Below, piece by piece: positions 34,590 through 44,419 of a stretch of DNA of 64,000 nt (within the stretch, counting starts at the first letter, position 1; every line of letters starts with the position of its first letter). The translations under genes were made by a program, and so were the position numbers. The notes under the pieces were generated by a model. It was not told where the DNA came from and ran no database searches. It saw only the letters and a list, made by a program, of their open reading frames with translations. Origin of the DNA: Acinetobacter phage Ab1-TPeters; the sequence record PP763253.1; one strand, given 5' to 3'.

Positions 34590-35918
34590 TCATGTTTCGT
34601 ATTCCTCGGGCTCATAATCGAATAAAGTATAAACGCCAGTTTTAGGTAGTTCAGTTGGAACTTCTATTGATAAATAAGTACCAGTTTCTAAGTTTAAACA
34701 CTCAGAATTAATTCTGATAGCGGTCTGGAAGTGTTTGACTTTCAATTTAGAAGCGTAGTCATAGCTATCTAGTTTAATCGATGTCTGAATAGGATGAATC
34801 TCTAGATTACCCTTACCACCGTAGATAGGTTTCGACTCCCTTATTGCTACGTAGTTTGAATTGTAATTATAATTATAACCAGAACTATACGAATCATCAG
34901 AATAATTCTGATAATACCCTAAAGCATAGCCATCAGAGTAAGCCTTAAGTTGGTTAGATACAAGTTCGTATTCGTTAGTATAGTCACTGCTTAAATAACC
35001 ATTATCAACAAACATCTTCTGGTAGTTAGAATTATATTTGTTGTTGTATCCAGTTGCGTCTATTACTACTTCAGTTCCAACTACTACTGATTTGCCTACA
35101 TTATAGTCTGAACCATAAAACTTATCAGCATAGTTTTTGTAGAAAGTATTGTGACTGGATTTAATTCTAGTGGCAGTCTGACTAACCACTGGTTCAAGTG
35201 GTTTGTTAAATAAGAATTCCTGTTTTCTACAAAATAGAGCCAGTAGACCATTCTTATCAGTTACATACCCACCAGTTGGTCTTCCAAATACAGATCGATC
35301 AAGTCTCCAGTTCTGTGACAAAGCTCCAAGCCCTAGTTCAATTGACCAGTCACTATAATCACCAAGATCCCAGTTACTTTTTAAGTTCAAGCAGTTGGTT
35401 ATTGAAGAGAGTTTTACACAAACAGGAAGAACTTCCTCAGCTAATCTCATTAAAATTACTAATTTATCTCTGGATATGATTTCTTGAGTGTTTTCAACCA
35501 CTACAATAATCTTAGTACAGCCAGCTCTAGTTTTAAGTAATTTTAGATACCTATACTGAACACCTGCTAGTTTTAATGCAGTAAGGAAACCTTCCATAGT
35601 GCCTTTAAGTGCAATGAAATCGGGCATCATCTGAGCTAAGCCAGACATGTCAATTCCATCACGTTCAGACATAACTTCAATTATTGTCTTACCGCCTAAC
35701 ATTCTGATCAAATTATCTGGATCAAAACCTGAAAGATGTGGTTTAAATAAATGTTCTACGTACTCTACATCTGGATCGAAGAACTTATTAAGTCCTTCGT
35801 CCATAATTGTAGAAAAGAATTTATATAATTCTTTATCCTGAAGATTCTTAGGAAAGTACTTTAACGTTTCAGTATTTCTCGCCATTTTTAGAGTACCCCA
35901 AACTTGAATCTGTGCCAT
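34590..35918 (-). CDS. baseplate/tail fibre protein (gpI-like position) with Y/N/S-rich C-terminus
   Basis: Follows the J-like gene. The C-terminus has low-complexity YNYNYNSNY and YSDDSYSSGY repeats. Confidence 0.3.
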   Translation of the reverse strand: MAQIQVWGTLKMARNTETLKYFPKNLQDKELYKFFSTIMDEGLNKFFDPDVEYVEHLFKPHLSGFDPDNLIRMLGGKTIIEVMSERDGIDMSGLAQMMPDFIALKGTMEGFLTALKLAGVQYRYLKLLKTRAGCTKIIVVVENTQEIISRDKLVILMRLAEEVLPVCVKLSSITNCLNLKSNWDLGDYSDWSIELGLGALSQNWRLDRSVFGRPTGGYVTDKNGLLALFCRKQEFLFNKPLEPVVSQTATRIKSSHNTFYKNYADKFYGSDYNVGKSVVVGTEVVIDATGYNNKYNSNYQKMFVDNGYLSSDYTNEYELVSNQLKAYSDGYALGYYQNYSDDSYSSGYNYNYNSNYVAIRESKPIYGGKGNLEIHPIQTSIKLDSYDYASKLKVKHFQTAIRINSECLNLETGTYLSIEVPTELPKTGVYTLFDYEPEEYET

Positions 35919-37266
35919 TTGAATAAGCTTCGTCTATGTCTTTTTGAGTAAATTTAATTTCAAGATTACGCAGAGCAAAATATTCTTTATAGCTAGCTTG
36001 TTTGTCTTTAATCGGGTACTCAAGATAGATTCTATCAACGTGCTCTAGTTCACAGATGAAGTCCTTAGAGAGCAATTTATTTGGTTGAAATGAACTACCT
36101 AATTTTAAGCACATGCTATTAATTAAATCAGTTATTTTAGATTTGAGTTCAGCTGTGTTAGCACTTTTATCTATAATAACATTGATCTTATAGTCAACAT
36201 CAATCTTCTCAGGATCTTCAATAAAGAATGAGGTACCTAAGATAGCATGTTGCTCTAGGTAAAGATAGAAATTTTCTCTCATTTGAGGAGTAAAAATTTG
36301 TTCATCTTCTCTTAAATAAGCAACGTTTACTGCACAACAGCTATTTGATCTACTTACTGCGTTAGTGGAAACTAAACCTTCATAAGTCAAAGATATGTTA
36401 CGATAGTCACTTATTGATGTAAGTAGACCATTACTGTATCGAAATCCTGGAGCAGCAGCTTTAACTTTTTCTAATGAGTCTTCGTTTGACCCATAGTCTG
36501 TTATCTTCCAATAAGTTATTGAACCAATAGATAGCTGTAACTCTGAACCATCAATTCTTCCATCTAAAGCAATCAATGAAGGAGTCAAGTAACTTACTTT
36601 AAGTTTGTCACCAAACTCTGGCTTTCTACCTATTAAACCATTTCCGAAGATAAGGTAAATTCCAGAAGTCATTGATCTTATCAAGATAGTGTCTGAATTA
36701 GATTTAGATAATAGTCTTACTGGTGACAGAGTTTCCTCATTTAGCTTAAATTCCACTAAATTATTGTCTATGTCACCTTCAAAGAATAAACTTAAATAAT
36801 CGCTTACATCTTTAATTTCTTGTTCAGAAGAATTCCAATCACCTAGAGCTACTTCAACTGTATTCGAACCAGACTCAATTCTTTTATCTTCAGTTAAAAC
36901 TAAATTGTATTTACCGTAAGTGCCAATGGGAATTTCTTTTGACCAGAAAGACTCAATATCTGAGTTGAATGTAAGTCTTATTCTAGTTGCTGCTTTTCTA
37001 TTAAAATAATAACCCAGAGCTGAAGCAATGGCCACAGCTTCCGATTTTATGTAGTTTTCGTATAAAGTTGAGTTCTTTCTATTTGATTGAGCGGCAAAAC
37101 CTAAGAGAGCTGTTATAGCTGCACCTACATCAAGAACTGTCTCACCTGCACCAGCTATATAAAAATCTTTCCAGCGATTTTCATAATCTGGAAGGCTTTT
37201 GACATAATTTGATAAGTGAGACTTTACTTCATCAAAGGAGATCGAATTAAGATTATTAAGGTTCAT
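35869..37266 (-). CDS. baseplate J-like protein
   Basis: 465 aa, immediately downstream of the gp25/W-like gene, as in Mu/P2 baseplate modules. Confidence 0.4.
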   Translation of the reverse strand: MNLNNLNSISFDEVKSHLSNYVKSLPDYENRWKDFYIAGAGETVLDVGAAITALLGFAAQSNRKNSTLYENYIKSEAVAIASALGYYFNRKAATRIRLTFNSDIESFWSKEIPIGTYGKYNLVLTEDKRIESGSNTVEVALGDWNSSEQEIKDVSDYLSLFFEGDIDNNLVEFKLNEETLSPVRLLSKSNSDTILIRSMTSGIYLIFGNGLIGRKPEFGDKLKVSYLTPSLIALDGRIDGSELQLSIGSITYWKITDYGSNEDSLEKVKAAAPGFRYSNGLLTSISDYRNISLTYEGLVSTNAVSRSNSCCAVNVAYLREDEQIFTPQMRENFYLYLEQHAILGTSFFIEDPEKIDVDYKINVIIDKSANTAELKSKITDLINSMCLKLGSSFQPNKLLSKDFICELEHVDRIYLEYPIKDKQASYKEYFALRNLEIKFTQKDIDEAYSNGTDSSLGYSKNGEKY

Positions 37267-37628
37267 TTCTTCAATCCTATTTCATAAGTGTAAGTCTCTG
37301 GCAGATTTACTATTTTAAATACTAAAGTAAGCCAGTAAACATGATTATCGAAATCAGCTACAACGTTGGTCTTAGCTTTATCTAAAATTGCTCTAGGTTC
37401 AAACTTAGTTACTACATCAACAACTTCTGAGTAGACTGCTAATTCAGTTGCATAGCTCATTGGTTCAAATAGAATATCTTGAAGTGAACAGCCTACTGAA
37501 GATCTAAAAAGTCTTTGTTTCTTCTTAGTTCTGAGAAGGTTAACAATTGATTGAAGTACAGCTTCACCATTAGTTAAGTAGTTTTTAGATAAGCTTTGGT
37601 CAACATCTTTATAAATTACCTCAATCAT
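37263..37628 (-). CDS. baseplate wedge protein (gp25 / GPW-like)
   Basis: 121 aa. The size and the pattern VLQSIVNLLRTKKKQRLFRSSVGCSLQDILFEP resemble the GPW/gp25 family. Confidence 0.5.
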   Translation of the reverse strand: MIEVIYKDVDQSLSKNYLTNGEAVLQSIVNLLRTKKKQRLFRSSVGCSLQDILFEPMSYATELAVYSEVVDVVTKFEPRAILDKAKTNVVADFDNHVYWLTLVFKIVNLPETYTYEIGLKK

Positions 37629-38293
37629 TATTGACTCCCGATAGGGTTACTAGTTTGTTGTCCCATTGACTCAGAGTGAACGTGACTATTGTAGATAGCT
37701 CGATCTTCAGACATGTTTCTAGTAGAATCAGACAATTCACCATCAAATTTAGATTCAGGTATGTCAAATTTACCTAGCTTAGCTAGAACATTTAGAGCTT
37801 CAGCTATGTCAATTTTTGCTTTACTAGGTGTAGTAAGAGTGAACCCACCATCAGAATCAATTTCAAACTTGAATCCAGAGCAGTGATCAAACAAAAGTGT
37901 TTTCTTCTGTTTATTTACAGCGAAGACTGTTCCAGAACTATCCTTAAATCCGTATACGTTCGGGTAATCTTCTCTGAACTCTTCAGGGACAGCATTTAAG
38001 TGCCAGTTGGATTTATAGAAACCAGAGTGTATGTCACCGTGAGGAAATTCTACAATAACTTCTGATCCTATATCAGGTATTTCAACTCTTTGAGCATCAG
38101 CTGAATCACCAAAACCTACAGGAAGCTCTGGGGTAAACCAAATAGGTGCTTCTGATTCAAAGACTCCAGGTATTTTTACCTTTAGTCTTCTCTTGAACTC
38201 AGGGTCTTTATTATCAGTTACAATAGCTTTGTGAGGTGTACTTAATAAACCCGAATTTGAGGAGTTCTGATTTAAATCAGTTAATTTAATCAT
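37628..38293 (-). CDS. baseplate spike (gpV-like)
   Basis: 221 aa, between the hub-like and W-like genes. OB-fold-like N-terminus RRLKVKIPGVFESEAPIWFTP. Confidence 0.4.
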   Translation of the reverse strand: MIKLTDLNQNSSNSGLLSTPHKAIVTDNKDPEFKRRLKVKIPGVFESEAPIWFTPELPVGFGDSADAQRVEIPDIGSEVIVEFPHGDIHSGFYKSNWHLNAVPEEFREDYPNVYGFKDSSGTVFAVNKQKKTLLFDHCSGFKFEIDSDGGFTLTTPSKAKIDIAEALNVLAKLGKFDIPESKFDGELSDSTRNMSEDRAIYNSHVHSESMGQQTSNPIGSQ

Positions 38294-39420
38294 TTTATCT
38301 CCTCTTGACCATTAGAGCCATCTCTACATAAAGTAATAATAGTCTTTAATTCTTTGTTAGCAATAATTCTTGCCTTTTTATCTACAAACCATACACCTGA
38401 ATCAACTTCACTTGCAGATCTACTATTTTGATTGTCAACTGTTTTTAGAAGAACTGTGTCTAATAGATTAACTGGAATTGTTTGATTGTTGAAGGTAACT
38501 TTAGCTTTCGTGCTTTGAAGCATTAGGAGGTTACGCACATTATAATCATATGATAACTGATAATTAGAATGCATATTCTGGTTTGAGATTCTTGATTTTC
38601 CTACTCTCTTACCTAAACCTGAAACACCCTGATCTCCATTAACCATAGTGTTTATTTTCTCAGGAGTAGCATACATGCTAACATTCTGTGAACTGTCATG
38701 AAGTAAAGTGCTTTTAGGCTGACCGCCAATAGCTGAAGAGAATCCACGATCATCTTGAAATGACGGCACGCTCTCGTAAACGAATGTCTTATCTGAATCA
38801 ATTGAAGTTGAAGTAAAAGTGAATTCAGCTGGATTAGATAAGGCTTTAATCATAGATCGCATTCTGAATTCACCAGAAGCATTAATACCTACTAGCAGTG
38901 TGTCAGTTTTATCTTTGAGTGTAGAATGAAGCCATAACTCATTAATAAATTTTCTATTATTAGTGTTAGGTTGGATCCAATTCATCTCATCATCAGAGCC
39001 ATCAGTTTCATCTATAACTTTGAAATACTTTCCAGCTATCTCTTTTATAACATCTACTGACTTACCACCGTAAGTCTTAACAAAGCATTCTGAGTTGTAA
39101 GTAAGTGAGACACCTACTCCAACTGTTCTATACATTCTTGAATTATTGGAAACTGAACTTTTAGTAGTGTCAAAAATGTAGAGTCTTATTGATTCTAAGT
39201 TATTTAAGTCTTTACCAAAAGTTACGTCTAGATAATTCCCATTATTCAAGAATTTTTCTAATTCGAAATTATTGCTAAGTGAAAAGACTAACTCAAAGAG
39301 TGGCAAGACATTACCAGTTTCTTCAATAAGCTTGAACATTATTAATTGATCTTCGCGAATAAAGTTATCTATGTTCGCTAATTTAAACTTACATAAATAC
39401 TTACCAGTAATGCCTATCAT
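38290..39420 (-). CDS. baseplate hub-like protein
   Basis: 376 aa, occupying the position of Mu gp44 / P2 gpD-like hub proteins after the tape measure gene. Confidence 0.35.
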   Translation of the reverse strand: MIGITGKYLCKFKLANIDNFIREDQLIMFKLIEETGNVLPLFELVFSLSNNFELEKFLNNGNYLDVTFGKDLNNLESIRLYIFDTTKSSVSNNSRMYRTVGVGVSLTYNSECFVKTYGGKSVDVIKEIAGKYFKVIDETDGSDDEMNWIQPNTNNRKFINELWLHSTLKDKTDTLLVGINASGEFRMRSMIKALSNPAEFTFTSTSIDSDKTFVYESVPSFQDDRGFSSAIGGQPKSTLLHDSSQNVSMYATPEKINTMVNGDQGVSGLGKRVGKSRISNQNMHSNYQLSYDYNVRNLLMLQSTKAKVTFNNQTIPVNLLDTVLLKTVDNQNSRSASEVDSGVWFVDKKARIIANKELKTIITLCRDGSNGQEEIK

Positions 39421-39430
39421 TGCGCAACCT

Positions 39431-39847
39431 CTATAAAATTTCGAGAGTAGAAATTTCAGAGCTATTAGTCTTAGTCGAGCTATTTGTACTTAGCTCAAAG
39501 TAAACGTTTTCAATCTGATCTAAACTCGGATATTTAATAATTAAACCATTCTTTAAATCATCTGGGAAACAAAGCCCATTTAATGACATGATAATCCACC
39601 AATATTGATAATTACCTTGACCATAAAGAGCTTCTGACAGTAGGTCAGGTCGACCTACTTCAGATAGGATAGTGTAACTTCTTAAATCTTTCAATCTATG
39701 AAGTTCATGCAGAAATTTAGAATTATTTAAATTAAACATAGCTACGTCACATTTTTCAGTTAACTTAGCTATATCGAATCTGTCTAAACCTTTATTGTCT
39801 GAAGTTCTAAACATAAATACCTCACAAGAACCAGCTCTGAATCTCAT
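39431..39847 (-). CDS. tail protein of unknown function
   Basis: 138-aa ORF within the tail module. Confidence 0.3.
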   Translation of the reverse strand: MRFRAGSCEVFMFRTSDNKGLDRFDIAKLTEKCDVAMFNLNNSKFLHELHRLKDLRSYTILSEVGRPDLLSEALYGQGNYQYWWIIMSLNGLCFPDDLKNGLIIKYPSLDQIENVYFELSTNSSTKTNSSEISTLEIL

Positions 39848-40454
39848 CAGCTGTAGGAAGAATAGCTGGTTGAAAAGTAAGGTTTACTTTGATGTAAAGA
39901 GGCTTACCTGTTGACTTAACTACAGCCATACTGGAGTTATGACCTACAGATAGCAAAGTTAAACCAGTGGCTCTGAAGTACCTACCAATTGAGATACTCC
40001 AAACACCGTCAAGACTTTGAGTGCCAAAATTCTTGGTTAACTTCTCAACTCCGTAACCACCAGGAGATGAAAGAACACCAAATTCACCTCCAGTTGTTCT
40101 AGGTCCAACTAGACCTAGCAGATTCTTTAAGATACCTGTTGTGTCAATTTCTGGTTTGTAAGCGAAAATAGTCATAGGTATCTGAAAGATAGGCTTGTTG
40201 TTTCCAGTCCATTGAGATACAGTCTCACGTAAGTTCTTAATTACGTACTGATCTCCCATTGAAGTAGCATTAGCTGCTAAGTTAGCGATGTCTTGTAGAC
40301 TGCCACCACTGTTACCATCTTTTGAATCGTAAATAGCACTTGAGTCAAAACCGAAGTCTTGTTCAATTAGTGAGGAAAGTTTGAAGCCCTCAGAATGCAC
40401 TATGTTTATTAGAGCATTAGGATTAGAGAGCATTTGTTCATAGAATAATGCCAT
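39822..40454 (-). CDS. tail protein (distal tail/gpU-like position)
   Basis: 210 aa, directly downstream of the tape measure gene. Confidence 0.3.
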   Translation of the reverse strand: MALFYEQMLSNPNALINIVHSEGFKLSSLIEQDFGFDSSAIYDSKDGNSGGSLQDIANLAANATSMGDQYVIKNLRETVSQWTGNNKPIFQIPMTIFAYKPEIDTTGILKNLLGLVGPRTTGGEFGVLSSPGGYGVEKLTKNFGTQSLDGVWSISIGRYFRATGLTLLSVGHNSSMAVVKSTGKPLYIKVNLTFQPAILPTADEIQSWFL

Positions 40455-42550
40455 TAAGCTAAAACTCCTTTAACAAACATATGTAAACCTAAGTCATCTA
40501 TCTTATCGTCAGTGTTCAGTGGAAGAACACTTTGATTTTGAGTTGCTGGTTTAGCGATAGGTGCAGCGTTGGCTGACATATTTGCAGCATCTTTATAGAC
40601 TAAAGGTACTTTAGGTTGAGGTTTAGATATCTGAGGAACTGATTCCTTTACTGGCTTAGCTATAGTTGGAGGAATAGCTGGACTCTGTTTGATATCTTTC
40701 TTTTTCTGATCAAGAAGTTTAGGTGTCTCAACTTTAGATTTTGCATCTTTACCATTGACTTGATCGTTTCCAACTTTCTTAGTAGCTGGCTTAATGATTT
40801 GCTCTTTACCAGATCTAAGATTACCCTCAACCCTTTGCATTGCATTTAAAATTTTCTCTCTTTCAGCTGGAGTGTAATCAGACATTTTCTTATTCACACC
40901 AACTGCGGATAAAACTGCTTTCTGGTAAGCGGCAGTATTATTCTCATGTGGTGGAGCATATCTAGCAATAGCTGCTGTTAGAGTAAGGTTCTTATACCTA
41001 GCTCCATTGAACAACATATCCCCTTTAGCCTTTCTGCCAGTTTCCATATTAGGGAAAATAGCAAATCTACCATCTGACCCGATAGCACCTAAGCTGGCTG
41101 TGTACTTATTGTACTCCATGTTGCCTGGGTTATTGTTCCGCCAGTTCCTGTCACCTGTTCTCTTAACAATAGAGCCATCTTCAAGCTGGTAAGTAACGCC
41201 TTTCTTACCGTCATTTGCATTAATAATTTTTGCAACTGACTTACCTGCAGGAGTTGTGGTGTGTATTGCTTGACCTGCAGTGTAACTTCCAGCTCCACCT
41301 GAACTGCCTATGCCATTGAATACATTAGTCATACCAGCTACTGCGTTATTTTTAAAATTATTAAAATTTTGCAGGCTGTTATTGAGAAGATTAGTTCCTA
41401 CTGTCTTAGCTAAACCTAAACCCTTAAAAAATTTACCTATTACAGGTAATTCAGCTAACCAGTCAAATAAACCTCCGAAACCGTCACCGATAAAAGTGAA
41501 AACTCCTTTGATTTTATCGTGAACTCCTTGACCTATCTTTTTAATTGCAACAATAGGTTTAGTTAGCTCTTTTAATGTGCTAGCAACTTTTTCAGGTGAT
41601 AATATTCCGAATGACAAACTAGAGATACCGTGAGATACAGCTGAGCCAGTTTTAGTCAGTAAATTAGATTTACCAAATAATTTCTCTGCTTTTTCATCAC
41701 TGAAACCTTGGTAAGCATTATATAAACCAACACCACCAGCAGCTAAAGCACCAATTCCTGGAAGAAACCTAGCAAACTTACCGAATTTATTTAGTTTATT
41801 AAACTTACCAAATCTCTTACCAAAACCTCCAAATAGCGAGTCAGCTATTCCTTGTGATTCAGGCTTAGCTACTTCAGCAGGAGCTCTACTGCTCATTTGA
41901 CTCAGAATTCTTTCTAGAATGTCTGTTTGTTTTCTTTCTTCAAGTAGAGACTTGTCTTCAACTAGTTTAATGGAGTCACTGTTAGTATCTTCTTTTATTG
42001 AAGCATTAGTTATTGAAGCTTCAATTTTACCTAAGTCTTCCTCAATCTCATTAAAAATATCTAACTGAATTGATTCAAATGGTTTATTTGTATTTTTAAG
42101 TTCTGGAATTTCAGGTGGCTTAATGGACTCCTGAAGATCATCGAATTTAACAGAGATTTTCTCAAGCAACTCATTAGTTTTCTCAGGATCAATTCCCTCA
42201 ATTTTACTTAAAGCTTGCTCAAGAGCACCTTGTCCGTTCTCTTCATTTTCTTTTCTTTGCTTTCTCTCAGCTCTGAGTTGTTTTAATTCAGACCTGTAAG
42301 AAGAAAACATGTCACCTATGTTAATTTTATCAGCCAGGCCATCTAGACCTACAGCACGCAACCCAGCTTTACCTAACTGATTTCCAGCAAATCTAGCTTT
42401 AGAAAATCTAGATATGTCATCTATTCCAAATCGGCTTGCTAACTCTTGTCTAAATCCAAATAATTGATTTTGACTAGAGTTAGCTAATTTACTGCCAGTA
42501 ATTCTGATAACGTCAGAAACTAAACTATTGTTCATTTTGTTCACCATCAA
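40454..42550 (-). CDS. tail tape measure protein
   Basis: 698 aa. Contains coiled-coil segments and a glycine-rich helix GIGALAAGGVGLYNAYQGF. It sits between the chaperone pair and the baseplate genes. Confidence 0.55.
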   Translation of the reverse strand: MMVNKMNNSLVSDVIRITGSKLANSSQNQLFGFRQELASRFGIDDISRFSKARFAGNQLGKAGLRAVGLDGLADKINIGDMFSSYRSELKQLRAERKQRKENEENGQGALEQALSKIEGIDPEKTNELLEKISVKFDDLQESIKPPEIPELKNTNKPFESIQLDIFNEIEEDLGKIEASITNASIKEDTNSDSIKLVEDKSLLEERKQTDILERILSQMSSRAPAEVAKPESQGIADSLFGGFGKRFGKFNKLNKFGKFARFLPGIGALAAGGVGLYNAYQGFSDEKAEKLFGKSNLLTKTGSAVSHGISSLSFGILSPEKVASTLKELTKPIVAIKKIGQGVHDKIKGVFTFIGDGFGGLFDWLAELPVIGKFFKGLGLAKTVGTNLLNNSLQNFNNFKNNAVAGMTNVFNGIGSSGGAGSYTAGQAIHTTTPAGKSVAKIINANDGKKGVTYQLEDGSIVKRTGDRNWRNNNPGNMEYNKYTASLGAIGSDGRFAIFPNMETGRKAKGDMLFNGARYKNLTLTAAIARYAPPHENNTAAYQKAVLSAVGVNKKMSDYTPAEREKILNAMQRVEGNLRSGKEQIIKPATKKVGNDQVNGKDAKSKVETPKLLDQKKKDIKQSPAIPPTIAKPVKESVPQISKPQPKVPLVYKDAANMSANAAPIAKPATQNQSVLPLNTDDKIDDLGLHMFVKGVLA

Positions 42551-42621
42551 TCATTTTTATGTAAACTGTGGCTTCTTCGTAATCAAGATGTTTAGCTTCC
42601 AGAACGCTACTCACTACACCC

Positions 42622-43407
42622 TTACGAGCTAGCGTAAATTTCAGATAAAATAGATTTTCTATCTCTACGAAAGGGAATAGCCAATTGGCTAAGTACCTCT
42701 ACGTTACTAGAAGATTCTCTTTCACAGTGAGGACATTTAATTGCTACTTTCTGTTCACCAAAATCTAACAACTCACGAACAGTAAACAGAACCTCTAGGT
42801 CATCACCTGAAACAGTCTTAATTAATTCAAGAGCTTCTGGAATACTCATGTCTTGAACTGTCATAGCTAAGTAGCTAGAGTCTGTCTGAGGTAAATCTAA
42901 CTTAGCGAATTCAATAAACTTCTCAGCAGTAACTGTATTTAGAATTAACTGTTTACCTGCATTCACTCCTTCCTTAAGGGTATACTTAATAGGAAGACTT
43001 ACAAGTTCTTCTGGTAGGTCATTAAATTCAAGACTATCTAACTTGAGATCTTGTTTAACGTGCTTGCCGCAGTCTGATTTTGGACAATCATACTCAAAAG
43101 TAAAGAGAGTGTTGTGAAATGTAGTAAGCTTTCTTAAGATCATAATATAAATTAAATCTTGGTAATCTAACTGTTCTGGTTTGATTCCAACGCATTCAAT
43201 TCCTTTGTAAGCTGATCTTAATTTGTCAATATCTTCAGATTCGAAGATTTCAGTGCACTCTTCTAACTCACCAATGCTGTAAGTGTAGAAATAAATTTCT
43301 GTGCCTTGTGGGTAAGGCTTAAATTTTGATGGTAATTCTTTAACTTGAATACGTCTAGTTTCTCGCTTTACGCTAGGCGTTACGCTATCTCGAGTAATTA
43401 CGTCCAT
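42622..43407 (-). CDS. tail assembly chaperone-like protein
   Basis: 261 aa. One of two genes between the tube and tape measure genes. Its start overlaps the upstream stop (TAATG). Confidence 0.3.
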   Translation of the reverse strand: MDVITRDSVTPSVKRETRRIQVKELPSKFKPYPQGTEIYFYTYSIGELEECTEIFESEDIDKLRSAYKGIECVGIKPEQLDYQDLIYIMILRKLTTFHNTLFTFEYDCPKSDCGKHVKQDLKLDSLEFNDLPEELVSLPIKYTLKEGVNAGKQLILNTVTAEKFIEFAKLDLPQTDSSYLAMTVQDMSIPEALELIKTVSGDDLEVLFTVRELLDFGEQKVAIKCPHCERESSSNVEVLSQLAIPFRRDRKSILSEIYASS

Positions 43408-43886
43408 TAAAGTTTTCCTGCGATATTAAAATTTAAATTGTGTTGGTCAGCTTCAGATGAAGAAGTTCCTTTGAACGGATGACCACCATCTGGATATACT
43501 AGATAAGATTTACGATAAACAACCGATTTATCTCGTCTATATTTAATTACATGTAAAGTTTTAACTGCTTCAGCCAGAGTTAAAACTCCTTCATTTGAAA
43601 CCGTACTATTCAACCATTCTTCAAACCAATGATGTAAAGTACCTTCTTCATCATCCAAGTATGTAATTGACATATCTGGAGCAGATTTGTTCATCGGTGA
43701 TTTGAATTCAGTAGTTGACATAGTTCCTACAAATGAAGTAGTCGTTATGTTATTTATGTCTACGTCAGTTGCAGGGAACCAGTCAGAAAAGGGAGCTGGA
43801 GCACCTTCGAGTTTAATATCCCAAAGGTACGAAGCTCCCCATTCGATAGCCCTGACTTGACTTAAATTATTTAAGAAGCCAGCCAT
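43407..43886 (-). CDS. tail assembly chaperone-like protein
   Basis: 159 aa, between the tube gene and the second chaperone gene. Confidence 0.3.
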   Translation of the reverse strand: MAGFLNNLSQVRAIEWGASYLWDIKLEGAPAPFSDWFPATDVDINNITTTSFVGTMSTTEFKSPMNKSAPDMSITYLDDEEGTLHHWFEEWLNSTVSNEGVLTLAEAVKTLHVIKYRRDKSVVYRKSYLVYPDGGHPFKGTSSSEADQHNLNFNIAGKL

Positions 43887-43895
43887 AGTCTACCT

Positions 43896-44408
43896 TTAAA
43901 GTTTACGTTGAGTGAAATCATCGTAAGACAAGATCATGCTAGGTTTCATGTTCTCTGAACCTGAACCTTGTAATTGACCATTGTCATAGTCTTCTAGGAA
44001 AGCTCCAATAAGAACATATTCCCAGATTGGTCTGTCAGCTCGATCTAAGCGAACTAAGCGAACCTGAGCTTCAACTTCTGATTTCTTCTTACCCTTACCT
44101 GTGTTAGTTTCATAACACATTTCTTGCCACTTAGAGATAATTTCAGAGATTTTACCATCTATAGTTTCATTCAATTGAAGAGTAAGAGTTCCAACTGGAG
44201 TGTAAATTCCAGGTTGTTTTACTGGAGGTAAACCACGAATTTGAATCGGGATTGATTGTCCAGTTTTCTTAGGTACGTCACTTGACTCAGCACGTAAGTT
44301 AATGTCCTGGCCATTAATTCCAGCTGGAGCAGCATTGAATTGAATGTACCAGTTATACGTGGTAGCGAAGTCACCTAGACCACGAATTTGCGATAAAGTA
44401 GGTCTCAT
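43896..44408 (-). CDS. tail tube protein
   Basis: 170 aa, immediately downstream of the sheath-sized gene. Confidence 0.4.
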   Translation of the reverse strand: MRPTLSQIRGLGDFATTYNWYIQFNAAPAGINGQDINLRAESSDVPKKTGQSIPIQIRGLPPVKQPGIYTPVGTLTLQLNETIDGKISEIISKWQEMCYETNTGKGKKKSEVEAQVRLVRLDRADRPIWEYVLIGAFLEDYDNGQLQGSGSENMKPSMILSYDDFTQRKL

Positions 44409-44419
44409 TGTTATTCACC

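Noticed and set aside
43405-43409. Possible programmed -1 frameshift between the two tail-chaperone ORFs upstream of the tape measure gene
   Set aside because: The two ORFs simply overlap as TAATG (stop/start coupling). No slippery heptamer or extended overlapping frame is present.
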